Source: an uncultured bacterium (GTDB taxonomy: Bacteria; Poribacteria; WGA-4E; WGA-3G). From it: 64,000 nt of DNA. The position numbers were made by a program, and so were the translations under genes. This document shows positions 8,096-17,046 of the stretch, piece after piece (position 1 is the stretch's first letter; each line of letters opens with the position of its first letter). The notes beneath the pieces were generated by a model that did not search any database, was not told the origin of the DNA, and saw only the letters and a list, made by a program, of their open reading frames with translations. The stretch spans positions 3,305 through 67,304 of the forward strand of contig CAZGAW010000001.1 in the NCBI GenBank assembly GCA_964523645.1, written 5' to 3'.

Positions 8096-9361
8096 ATGAA
8101 AGCCAAACATCTTATCTACACAATTACCCTCCTGTTCGCTTTGGGAACAGTCGCCTTTTTGGTCGTGCAAGCAGAAACACAAACCGCCGAAGACCCTTGG
8201 GCAGCTTGGGTAGATGAACAGACCGACACGGTGATGAAATCCGCCGGGGAAATGGATGCGGCTCGCAGCGATGAAATGCGCGCCAGCATTCGAGCAAAGT
8301 TTTCCGCACTTGCTACAGAACTGAAAAATGAAATTACGTCGCCGCCACAGACGCAGGATTATGCGATTTTACAAACGGTTAAGGAACTCCGGAAGGCTTA
8401 TGATGATGGCTACGACCGCAAGCATGCGGATACGACGGTACGTGTGTCCTACACGGTAGGAAACGCTGAAATCTTTGCCTATGATGAAAATATTCCGCTC
8501 GCTGAAGTTGACGCGAAATATCCACGCGACGCATGGCTTCAAATGCTCCTTGATAAGAACGTTACAATTGAGAACGCAAATGCGTATTGGGAATATCTAT
8601 TCCTTCGCGATACTTTAGTGCATCTTGAGAGGCGACCACACGTGTGGACATCTGGATTGTTCGATATTCCCGCGACAGAGGATTGGGAAACCTATAAAGC
8701 GGCGTATATTGCGCGAGAACTCGGTCAAATTCAAAAACGTTTGCAAGAGAAACAGGCTCATCAAGCGTGGCTGGAAGTCCCAAAAGATCTTCCTGAAGCT
8801 TTCGAGAAAAACAAAACCTACATATTTCGATCCCATGAATTTCCAACTTGGATTGAACAACGTGCAGTACCTCAGACCGTCAAAGCCCTGAGAGACGCTT
8901 ATGATGAGAAGTACAACGAAAGATATGCCATCACTTCTGGAAGTTATAGCATGACCCGCGACGATGGCACTGTTTTTGCGTATAAGTTTCCGCTTCCGAT
9001 GAGCAAAGTAGACACCAAGTATCCACGAGATGAATGGCTTCAGATGCTCCTTGACAAAGGGATTACGATTGACAATTTTGAAGAGTACTGGACATATCTA
9101 TCACAGCGGGACACATTGGTGGAGCTTGAAAAGCAGCCAGAGGTGTGGTCGTCCGAGTTGTTCGGTATTCCTCCGACTGAGGATTGGGAAACTTATAAAG
9201 AGGCCTACTTGAAACAGATGCTTGATAAACTTCACCGTAACGGGAAGCAGGCAGTGTACTTTGGTAAAGCTGACTCGGCGGAGGTACTTAAGAAAGTAGA
9301 GGAGCAGCTTAAAAATATGGGAGTGCTTCAGCGTCCACCCCGTCCACTCTTTGATCGCTAA
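8096..9361 (+). CDS. Secreted/anchored hypothetical protein with two tandem copies of an unassigned ~135-aa domain
   Basis: An N-terminal hydrophobic anchor. Internal repeat: ...VDAKYPRDAWLQMLLDKNVTIENANAYWEYLFLRDTLVHLERRPHVWTSGLFDIPATEDWETYKAAY versus ...VDTKYPRDEWLQMLLDKGITIDNFEEYWTYLSQRDTLVELEKQPEVWSSELFGIPPTEDWETYKEAY. Confidence 0.75.
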   Translation: MKAKHLIYTITLLFALGTVAFLVVQAETQTAEDPWAAWVDEQTDTVMKSAGEMDAARSDEMRASIRAKFSALATELKNEITSPPQTQDYAILQTVKELRKAYDDGYDRKHADTTVRVSYTVGNAEIFAYDENIPLAEVDAKYPRDAWLQMLLDKNVTIENANAYWEYLFLRDTLVHLERRPHVWTSGLFDIPATEDWETYKAAYIARELGQIQKRLQEKQAHQAWLEVPKDLPEAFEKNKTYIFRSHEFPTWIEQRAVPQTVKALRDAYDEKYNERYAITSGSYSMTRDDGTVFAYKFPLPMSKVDTKYPRDEWLQMLLDKGITIDNFEEYWTYLSQRDTLVELEKQPEVWSSELFGIPPTEDWETYKEAYLKQMLDKLHRNGKQAVYFGKADSAEVLKKVEEQLKNMGVLQRPPRPLFDR

Positions 9362-9382
9362 ACCGTGCTGAATTTGGTAAAT

Positions 9383-9418
9383 AAAAAAGGCGAGGCACGC
9401 AGACCTCGCCTTTTTTTG
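9383..9418. terminator. Bidirectional rho-independent terminator
   Basis: aaaaaaGGCGAGGcacgcagaCCTCGCCttttttt lies between convergent genes, with an A-run and a T-run flanking a 7-bp GC stem. Confidence 0.7.
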
Positions 9419-9475
9419 GTGTTAATCACGTTTCGGTCAGATGCGGTTAGAAGGTAGCATCTACCCTGGTTTCCT

Positions 9476-10411
9476 TTAATTCGCTTCGGGTGTGGTCTCT
9501 TCTGCTATCGGTTCATAATAGCCGGAACCGAAGAGGTATCCATCGTGGCGAATCGCCCACGTGCGTTTCAACTCTATCTCACCGCTTTCAGGATTGGGCC
9601 ATGAGTACTCAATCCAGAGTCCTAAGCTTGTCGCCATTGCGATTTCTGTCCCTAAAGGTGAACCATCAAGCCCGGGAATATCCTTTATATCCGTTCCTAT
9701 GAAATCCGGTCTTAACGGGTGAGCGACATAGATATCGTTCTCGTCAGTAATGAGCACGTACCACTGACCATCAATATTGGCTGGATCGTTATAGTATGCT
9801 GCCGTAGCCTCAACGCCTTCAAATTCATAACGGGCAATCGCCTTCTGAACGAAGGCACGCGTGAATGCTTCTGGATCGTCTTTTGAAACTGGTGGGAGCG
9901 TTGCAGGATCAGGTCCCCACGGTTCGTAATACCCAGCCCCGAAGATATATCCATCGTACCGAATTATCCACGTCCGTTTTTGTTCCAATTTGTTGGCAGT
10001 CGGATTGGGGGATAAATAGTCAATCCAGTGTCCTTCCTCCGTTGCCTTGACTATTTCTACTCCCAACGGGTAATCAAAACTGACAAGATCTTTTACATCC
10101 ACACCGATCAGTTCAGGCAACGCAGCGTGTGAAACCATAAGGTCGCTATCATCAATGATGAATACATACCATTGTCTGTCAACGCTGGTAGCATCATTAT
10201 AGTAGGCTATAGCGGCTTCGCGACCTTCCGTTTTGTAGAAATCAATCGCCGCTTGTACAAAGGCGACTGCAAACGCCTCTGGATCGTCCATTGTCGGCAT
10301 TGCAGGCTGTGTCACGGCTTCCATCATCGGTTTTGCCATAGGTCTTTCACAGCCGGTGATACAGACGACCGCGATTCCTACCATAAGTAAAATCAACAAA
10401 AAATTTCTCAA
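9476..10411 (-). CDS. Lipoprotein with two tandem single-Cache-2-like (sCache_2) domains
   Basis: Lipobox ITGC. Two ~135-aa repeats (DDPEAF..FVQ.AI..Y..EG.EA..AYYND....D.QWYV.I.D........H....IG.D.KD......G.EI..AT..G.WI.Y..PNP......KRTW.IR.DGY.FG.GYYEP) fit the sCache_2 pattern. Confidence 0.7.
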   Translation of the reverse strand: MRNFLLILLMVGIAVVCITGCERPMAKPMMEAVTQPAMPTMDDPEAFAVAFVQAAIDFYKTEGREAAIAYYNDATSVDRQWYVFIIDDSDLMVSHAALPELIGVDVKDLVSFDYPLGVEIVKATEEGHWIDYLSPNPTANKLEQKRTWIIRYDGYIFGAGYYEPWGPDPATLPPVSKDDPEAFTRAFVQKAIARYEFEGVEATAAYYNDPANIDGQWYVLITDENDIYVAHPLRPDFIGTDIKDIPGLDGSPLGTEIAMATSLGLWIEYSWPNPESGEIELKRTWAIRHDGYLFGSGYYEPIAEETTPEAN

Positions 10412-10570
10412 TTTTTGACTCCTTTTCAGTCACTAAAAAAATTTACACCCTTTAATTGTATACATTCATCCGCCAATTGTCAAATACACCAATTTTTTTC
10501 TTGCTATTTTTCGGCGAATCGTGTATAGTCTGTATAAATCAAAAAACACTATAGGAACAGGAGAGACACC

Positions 10571-11275
10571 ATGAAATATGCAGCACCAATTTTTCTAATT
10601 TCGATTGTCCTCGGAGCTATCTTTGTTGGGTGTTACTTGAAATCGGATTTCGGAGTGAAAACAGAGCGATATACCGGACCCCAAACCGTTGATGCTCTCA
10701 TGGAGACGTTTGATGCCAGATACAGTTCTATAGAACAGCGTACCATTTCAGAAGTATTGCACGGCGAAAAACGCCACATTGAATTTACATTAGCAGACGT
10801 AGATGCCAAATATCCACGTGAAGAATGGCTTCAGATGCTCCTCAACAAAGGTGTCACGATACGGAACTTCAAGGACTATGATGGATACCTCAATATACGC
10901 GCCGATCTAATTTTGAAAGAATTTCACGCTGAAGATAATTGGGAAACTGTTAAAGCAGTGTATATTGACACCGAGATCCAGAATCATCAACGCATCGTTG
11001 CAGCAAAGCGAACCAACCCAGAAGGGACAAACTGGATTATGGTAAATGAAAACGCGCTCCCCAATATTCCGGGTGTAATTTACGTACAAAAAACTGAATC
11101 AACAGCCAGTATCTGGCATTCGACCTCCACAACAAGATCGGAGAACGGAGAAATTCTCTCGGTTGAGGGATCAGAACTTTCCGAAAAACAAAAATTAAAC
11201 CTCTTGAATACTGGGGCGGTACCAAAGGGCTGGGAAGTTGTGTATGTAGATGAAGACGGAAACCCCATCCGCTAA
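10571..11275 (+). CDS. Hypothetical lipoprotein/secreted protein, single-copy paralog of the 8096-9361 domain
   Basis: Shares LADVDAKYPREEWLQMLLNKGVTIRNFKDYDGYL...EDNWETVKAVYI with both repeats of the 421-aa protein. The N-terminal signal has a possible lipobox (FVGC). Confidence 0.7.
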   Translation: MKYAAPIFLISIVLGAIFVGCYLKSDFGVKTERYTGPQTVDALMETFDARYSSIEQRTISEVLHGEKRHIEFTLADVDAKYPREEWLQMLLNKGVTIRNFKDYDGYLNIRADLILKEFHAEDNWETVKAVYIDTEIQNHQRIVAAKRTNPEGTNWIMVNENALPNIPGVIYVQKTESTASIWHSTSTTRSENGEILSVEGSELSEKQKLNLLNTGAVPKGWEVVYVDEDGNPIR

Positions 11276-11357
11276 GACGGATAACGTTGAAACCAACAGT
11301 CGTAAGTCGTTTGGTTTCATGAAGCATGTAGATTCACAGAGAAATTCGGAGACTCAC

Positions 11358-12587
11358 ATGTCCAACCAATTGGCGATTTTAGGCGGCACGCCTGTCCGTA
11401 ATACAGAAAGCTCCCCCTGGTCGGCGTGGCCCCTCACGACGACTGAAGAATGGGAATCAAAAGTCGAACCGCTGCTTCGCGAAGTGTACCTGAGTGCGAA
11501 TGAAGGCTCAGGTGGCACAATGATTAAGCGTCTCGGAGAACAATACGCCCAATATTCTGGAACGAACTACGCCCTCTTCATGCCGCACGGCACTGATTCT
11601 ATTAGTGCTGCCTTAGCGGGTGCGCTCGATCTTGATGGATTCAGCGACGGAGGTGAGGTGATTGTGCCGAACTACACATTCGTCGCGACTGCCAGTGCCG
11701 TATTGGAACGTCGGTGCACCGTAGTCTTCGTAGACATTTCACCGGAGACGTTCACAATCGACCCGGAAGCCGTAAAAGCGGCGATCAGTCCAGAGACGCG
11801 TGCGATCCTGCCCGTTCATCTCGGCGGACATCCAGCAGATATGGGGGCACTACGAGAAATCGCCCAACGTCATCAACTTGCAGTCATCGAAGATTGTGCA
11901 CAAGCACACGGCGCGGAATACCAGACGAAAAAGGTTGGATCCCTCAGCGATATCGGTGCGTTTAGCTTCCAAGCATCAAAAAATTTGACCTCCGGCGAAG
12001 GCGGTATGATTACCACAAACGATAAGGACATTCATGATCGGGTCTGTGCTTTCATGAACGTCGGACGCGCACCGGGTGGTGCGAGATGGGAGTACCCACG
12101 TCTCGGATGGAACTATCGCCCTTCAGAGTATCTCGCTGCAATATTGTTAGTCCGATTGGAACTCTTGGAAGCACAAACCGATCTCCGCAACCGAAACGCT
12201 GCCTATCTCTCTGACGCGTTGGACGAAATTGAAGGTATTACACCCCCAAAACTTGCCCCGTGGGCTACCAAACACGGGTATCACCTCTACTGCTTGAAGT
12301 ACGAGCCTAATGGATTTGGCGGTAAATCGCGACAGGAATTTGTGGACGCGCTCTCTGCTGAAGGGATTCCGTGTTCTATCGGTTACCGTTCCCCACTTTC
12401 AGAAGAACCCGGAATGGCATACGTCGCGAAGAAATATCCACATCTCATCCGGGCGTTGCCGTGTCCAAACGCAGCGTCGGTCTGTGAGCAGAGCGTATGG
12501 CTTTTCCAGAATCTCTTCCTCAGTTCAAAAACGGATATGGATCAGATTGCGGAAGCTGTCGCGAAAATTCATCGGGCATGGCACTAA
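11358..12587 (+). CDS. DegT/DnrJ/EryC1/StrS-family PLP-dependent sugar aminotransferase
   Basis: LAILGG..V, FSFQASKNLTSGEGG (the PLP-lysine region) and the overall family pattern. I chose the start MSNQLAILGG (aa 37 of the track ORF) because it clears the upstream gene end at 11275. Confidence 0.85.
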   Translation: MSNQLAILGGTPVRNTESSPWSAWPLTTTEEWESKVEPLLREVYLSANEGSGGTMIKRLGEQYAQYSGTNYALFMPHGTDSISAALAGALDLDGFSDGGEVIVPNYTFVATASAVLERRCTVVFVDISPETFTIDPEAVKAAISPETRAILPVHLGGHPADMGALREIAQRHQLAVIEDCAQAHGAEYQTKKVGSLSDIGAFSFQASKNLTSGEGGMITTNDKDIHDRVCAFMNVGRAPGGARWEYPRLGWNYRPSEYLAAILLVRLELLEAQTDLRNRNAAYLSDALDEIEGITPPKLAPWATKHGYHLYCLKYEPNGFGGKSRQEFVDALSAEGIPCSIGYRSPLSEEPGMAYVAKKYPHLIRALPCPNAASVCEQSVWLFQNLFLSSKTDMDQIAEAVAKIHRAWH

Positions 12588-12668
12588 CCTTTTCCCTATG
12601 TTAACGCAAGTTGCTACAGACAAGATTTTGGATGTACGAACCCCATTTCTCAGTGAAAAGCGTTGGTG

Positions 12669-12700
12669 AGGCACAAACTGGGAAGTTTGTGCTACAAGGG
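12669..12700 (-). repeat. REP-like element (GCACAAACT-ggga-AGTTTGTGC followed by TACAAG)
   Basis: A 9-bp perfect palindrome immediately followed by CTACAAG, which is a CTTGTAG head on the minus strand. Confidence 0.4.
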
Positions 12701-12753
12701 GCAACTTAGGTTATGTTAATGCGTGAAGAATTGGGCAAACTTCGTCGGGAACT

Positions 12754-14568
12754 TTGATGCAACCACAAAGCAGCAAACCGCTCCTTGTCTACGATAACGC
12801 CTGCGACTTTTGCCGATATTGGGTTGCCCAGTGGCAGCACGTCACCGGTGATCGTGTTGACTACGCCGCATATCAAGAGGTTGCAACACAATTTCCAGAG
12901 ATACCCCTTTCAGCGTTTGAAAACTCAATCCAGTTGATTTCCCCGAATGGAACAGTGCTGAGCGGTGCCGAGGCTGTCCTACGCGCCTTGGACAACGCTC
13001 CGTTTCTCTGGTGCTACTACCATTTGCCGGGTTTCGCAAGCGTGTCTGAGCGGATCTATCGTTTCATTGCGCAGCATCGTCCGTTTTTCTCCGCGCTGAC
13101 GCGATGGTTGTGTGGCACACATACCGAGAGGACAACGCTCTGTTTTTCGAGATGGCTGTTTCTACGCGGACTCGGTTGTATCTATCTCATCGCCTTTCTG
13201 TCCCTGTGGATACAGATTCATGGGCTGGTTGGAAGCAACGGGATTTTACCAGCGGAACAGTATCTGTCGGCTGTCCGTCAGCAAATCGGGGCGGAAGGCT
13301 ACTACCTCGTCCCGACGCTGTTCTGGTTGAACGCATCAGATGCCTGTCTCAACTTCCTATGCGCAGGCGGCGTGGTGCTGTCTTTAGTTTTAATCGCAGG
13401 TTTTGTTCCACCCTTTACCTTAGTCGGTTTATGGACATTTTACCTGTCGCTCGTGTCAATCGGACAAGTTTTTCTGAGTTTTCAATGGGATGTTCTGCTC
13501 TTAGAGGCAGGTTTTCTGGCAATCTTCTTCGCGCCCCTACAAATACGAGAGAAATTTAGCCGTGCGTCTAACCCCTCTACGGCGTTCCTGTGGCTTTTAC
13601 GTTGGCTTTTGTTCCGTCTCATGTTCGCCTCTGGGTTTGTCAAACTCGCCAGTGATGCGGTATGGCGAAACCTCACCGCCCTTAACTTCCATTACGAAAC
13701 ACAACCGTTGCCGACATGGATCGGATGGTATGCACACCAGTTGCCGGAATGGTTCCAGAAAGCCTCAACTGTCGGTATGTTCGCCGCTGAGTTGGTCGTT
13801 CCGTTCCTGATTTTTGCGCCGCGACGGTTACGAACCGCGGGGTGTATCGGATTAATCGGGCTGCAAGTGCTGATTATTTCAACAGGAAACTATTGCTTTT
13901 TCAATCTACTGACAATCGCGCTATGCCTTCTTCTCATCGATGATGTGACGTGGAAAGGTCTGCTGCCGAAGCGGTTCATGCCTTCTATCCGTTTCGTCGA
14001 ACAGTCGATCCCCCGATACAGACGCATCGGCATAGGGGTATTGGCAGTACTCCTGTTTCTGCTAAGCAGTATCCGCTTCGGTGGACAACTCTTTAGAGAG
14101 ACACGGTTGCCGGATGTCGCATGGATCGCGCCGTTTCGGAGTATAAACACCTATGGACTCTTTGCAGATATGACGGAATCGCGCCCAGAAATTATTGTTG
14201 AAGGCAGCAATGATGGGATAACGTGGGAAACTTACCAATTCCGATGGAAACCGGGAGACCTGACAACTGCCCCCAAGTGGGTTGCGCCGCACCAACCGCG
14301 ACTCGATTGGCAGATGTGGTTCGCCGCGCTCCAAGGCAGTTACCAAAACACACCGTGGTTTCTTAATTTCATGGGCGCGTTGCTACAAGGCAAATCTGAG
14401 GTGTTGCAGCTGCTGGCAGAAAACCCGTTTCCTGAGAAACCACCGCGCTATATCCGTGCAGCCCTTTACGATTATACTTTTACCGACCACACCACAAAGC
14501 GAGCAGAAGGCACGTGGTGGCACCGCGAGTGGACAGGAATTTATTGCCCTGCGATTTCACTTCGATAG
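12754..14568 (+). CDS. Fusion of a thiol-disulfide oxidoreductase DCC (DUF393) domain and a lipase-maturation-factor (LMF)-family membrane domain
   Basis: The N-terminus LLVYDNACDFCRYWV carries the DCC CxxC motif. It is followed by ~10 predicted TM segments and a C-terminal region (WF..F, HQPRLDWQMWFAAL) typical of LMF1-like proteins. Confidence 0.7.
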   Translation: MMQPQSSKPLLVYDNACDFCRYWVAQWQHVTGDRVDYAAYQEVATQFPEIPLSAFENSIQLISPNGTVLSGAEAVLRALDNAPFLWCYYHLPGFASVSERIYRFIAQHRPFFSALTRWLCGTHTERTTLCFSRWLFLRGLGCIYLIAFLSLWIQIHGLVGSNGILPAEQYLSAVRQQIGAEGYYLVPTLFWLNASDACLNFLCAGGVVLSLVLIAGFVPPFTLVGLWTFYLSLVSIGQVFLSFQWDVLLLEAGFLAIFFAPLQIREKFSRASNPSTAFLWLLRWLLFRLMFASGFVKLASDAVWRNLTALNFHYETQPLPTWIGWYAHQLPEWFQKASTVGMFAAELVVPFLIFAPRRLRTAGCIGLIGLQVLIISTGNYCFFNLLTIALCLLLIDDVTWKGLLPKRFMPSIRFVEQSIPRYRRIGIGVLAVLLFLLSSIRFGGQLFRETRLPDVAWIAPFRSINTYGLFADMTESRPEIIVEGSNDGITWETYQFRWKPGDLTTAPKWVAPHQPRLDWQMWFAALQGSYQNTPWFLNFMGALLQGKSEVLQLLAENPFPEKPPRYIRAALYDYTFTDHTTKRAEGTWWHREWTGIYCPAISLR

Positions 14569-14598
14569 AACGGAAAGAAAAATAAAAAAGGAGAATCT

Positions 14599-15357
14599 AT
14601 GCCCAGTCAATTTTTAAACGTCGCGTTAGAAGCGGCGAAAAACGCTGAAGAAATTATCACCGCTTACTACACCGGCGATATAGAAGTTGAATTAAAAGCC
14701 GATGAAACACCCGTTACGCTCGCTGATAGAGGCGCAGAGAAAATTATCCGTGAAACCATCAAGCAGGCATTTCCTGATCACGGATTCTTAGGTGAGGAAT
14801 ACGGTATAGAAGCGGGTTCATCGTCTTACGTCTGGATTATCGACCCGATTGATGCTACAAAAAATTATATCCGTAAAATCCCGATCTTCGGCACACAGAT
14901 TGCCTTGATGAAAGGTGAAGAATTGATCCTCGGCGTTTCCAACGCACCACTTTTGAATGAACTCCTCTATGCCGAAGTCGGTAAGGGTGCGTTTCTAAAT
15001 GGGAATCCAATTGAGGTATCAGATGTAACAGATCCCGCAGATGCAATGGTATGTCACGGCGGGCTGAAGTGGTTTGTAGAGAAGGGGGCTTTCCCCGGTG
15101 CTTACAACCTCATCAACGACACCGCACGCACCAGAGGGTTCGGCGATTTCTATATGTACCACCTCGTGGCTTCAGCAAGAGCAGACGCTGTCATTGAAGC
15201 AGCGATTAGTATCTGGGACATCGCTGCGATAACTGTTATCGTTCGGGAAGCGGGTGGAAAGGTGACAGACATACACGGGCAAGATATTACGAAAGATACC
15301 GATTCATTAGTCGCAACGAATGGCATCCTGCACGATACCGTATTGAACTATTTTTAA
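14599..15357 (+). CDS. Inositol monophosphatase-family phosphatase (IMPase/HisN-like)
   Basis: Motifs GEE...WIIDPIDATKNY and a WD..A box. The RBS AAAGGAG lies upstream. Confidence 0.85.
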   Translation: MPSQFLNVALEAAKNAEEIITAYYTGDIEVELKADETPVTLADRGAEKIIRETIKQAFPDHGFLGEEYGIEAGSSSYVWIIDPIDATKNYIRKIPIFGTQIALMKGEELILGVSNAPLLNELLYAEVGKGAFLNGNPIEVSDVTDPADAMVCHGGLKWFVEKGAFPGAYNLINDTARTRGFGDFYMYHLVASARADAVIEAAISIWDIAAITVIVREAGGKVTDIHGQDITKDTDSLVATNGILHDTVLNYF

Positions 15358-15456
15358 CTAACGTGCGTTAGATTTATTCGGTCATTCCAATCGCCACTCC
15401 TGACGGAGCTCGGTTATCAGTCTGTAATTCGCACCTTTGTTGTAAAAATTACCGAG

Positions 15457-16211
15457 CTAACTGCCGTCTTCACGGAAAAAGAAACGGTCGTCCTTTTCTT
15501 CGCAAGCGAGTTGGTAGCGCGTATCAATGCTGATACGATACCGGTCAGAGCGATTCGGCGCACTGCTGTGCATCATGTAAAGCCCAAAAATAATAACGTC
15601 ACCGGGTTGGAAATGCGCCGTTGCGAGTGTGAATCCGAACTTCTCAACCATCTCGCGCGGATCGGTGCTGAACACGGCTTCCGTCAAATCACGGTCCATA
15701 TCCGTCGCACCATAGGTCGCCTTTAATCGCGCATGCCGATGCGAACCCAGAGAGATGACGAGGGGTCCATTTTCCAAGCCGATGTCCGTCAATGCGCTCC
15801 ACATCGTGTACCGGTTCTGTGTGCCGCGTCCGACGTAAACGCTATCCTAGTGAAAATGGTTGTGTCCGCCCGTTGCCATGCACGGTCGGAAGTGATGAAC
15901 CCGACGTTCTGTATGTATGACGATCTATATTTTCAAAAACGATTGCGGATTGAGAGTATTAGCGTTGAGAAAGCGCGGCGTTCTTTTGAAGAAAAGAAGC
16001 GATGGGCGTTGGACGCGTTATGGGGCGAGCGTCAATCAGAAAAGTTATTGATGTCAGTTACCTTCCGCTGTTCAAATACCGTATCGCTTTTTGCTATACC
16101 AAATTGGCAGAAACGGATGTTTCCATTTATACCAAAGCCGAGGTAGCCGTCACGGAAAGCTACCAACCGCGATTCTTCAGTCGGATCAGATAGATATCCT
16201 TTATCTCTGGG
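15457..16211 (-). pseudogene. Decayed phytanoyl-CoA dioxygenase-family gene (two in-frame TAGs, one frame break, no start codon)
   Basis: The intact C-terminal ORF (15457-15804) reads WSALTDIGLENGPLVISLGSH...MHSSAPN. Upstream in the same frame: ...GGHNHFH-TAG(15847-49)-DSVYVG and ...SFLKI-TAG(15925-27)-IVIH. A TAA lies at 16018-20. The N-terminal piece LSDPTEESRLVAFRDGYLGF is in another frame and ends at a TGA at 16032-34. Confidence 0.6.
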
Positions 16212-16591
16212 GCTATATCCTTTTCAAGCAAGGTCGGTATGCAGAAGCCCGTGCCAAATATGAAGCGTTACTTGAGATTGATCTGCAGCGTGGATTCAGG
16301 TATCGCTACTTTGAGGATACCTTGTCCAACCTTGAGAAAACGTATTCGGAACTTGGTGAAGAAGCCGCCGTTCCACAAGCATTTAGGCAGCTTGAGGAAC
16401 TCCTTGAGAAAGCCCTGCAGGATAGGGTCAGTGCTCGCTCACTTGAGGATGCCTTGTCTAACCTTGGACATGCATATTTGAAACTCGGTGATAAAGCTGC
16501 TGCACGACGGGTATTTGCGAAACTTCTGGAGCACTATCCCGACTCGCCACATAACGCTGAGATCGAACGCTTACTTAAAAAAAAGCAGTAA
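16091..16591 (+). CDS. TPR-repeat protein, probably 5'-truncated
   Basis: Clear TPR helices start at about aa 34 (ILYLWGYILFKQGRYAEARAKYEALLEID; ALSNLGHAYLKLGDKAAARRVFAKLLEHYPDS). The first ~33 codons overlap the PhyH pseudogene and look non-coding, so the true start is unclear. Confidence 0.45.
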   Translation: MLYQIGRNGCFHLYQSRGSRHGKLPTAILQSDQIDILYLWGYILFKQGRYAEARAKYEALLEIDLQRGFRYRYFEDTLSNLEKTYSELGEEAAVPQAFRQLEELLEKALQDRVSARSLEDALSNLGHAYLKLGDKAAARRVFAKLLEHYPDSPHNAEIERLLKKKQ

Positions 16592-16645
16592 ATCAAATCA
16601 ACAAAAAGCTAACTTCCGTGCTTGACCAAGCACACATCGCTAACA

Positions 16646-16852
16646 TCAGTCACCACGATTCAGCTCAGGAATCACTGACGGCGATGTGCCCTGCAACGGA
16701 TACGGCGATGACGGATGCAAGCGTTGATTCCGGGCTTCGTTCTCGCATATCTGACAATAACGTAGAAACCGTGCACCCTCCTCACCCTTCGGCGTGAACG
16801 GAACTTCCCCATGCTTTGGACAAATAATTGTAAGATCGTATTGCTTTTTCAT
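16646..16852 (-). CDS. Small hypothetical zinc-ribbon-like protein
   Basis: MKKQYDLTIICPKHGEVPF...RYCQICENEA has a C-x2-H ... C-x2-C arrangement. There is no homology I can name, and support for coding is weak. Confidence 0.3.
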   Translation of the reverse strand: MKKQYDLTIICPKHGEVPFTPKGEEGARFLRYCQICENEARNQRLHPSSPYPLQGTSPSVIPELNRGD

Positions 16853-16983
16853 GCGGTACGCTCCCACTATATATTCTAAACCCAACGGAATATAATATCA
16901 AGTTAATTAATTTCACAGAGGCATTCAGTTCCCCTGTAAGCAATATTAAATAATAACTTCCGATTTTCAGATAGGTCGCGAAC

Positions 16984-17010
16984 CCGTAGGGGCTGGGTCC
17001 CCCAGCCCGT
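16984..17010 (+). repeat. REP-like element (GTAG head + GGGCTGGG-tcc-CCCAGCCC)
   Basis: cccGTAGGGGCTGGGtcccCCCAGCCCgt. The stem is nearly identical to the copy at 52869-52897. Confidence 0.5.
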
Positions 17011-17046
17011 TGCCAATGGAAAATGTGTGAATTTAATATTCAAAGT

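Noticed and set aside
15847-15927. TAG stop-codon reassignment or readthrough (two in-frame TAGs in one PhyH gene)
   Set aside because: TAG is used as an ordinary terminator by well-supported genes in the same window, for example dnaJ at 52898-52900 and the CCA-enzyme gene at 19535-19537. The same locus also has a TAA, a frame break and no start codon, so a pseudogene is the simpler explanation.
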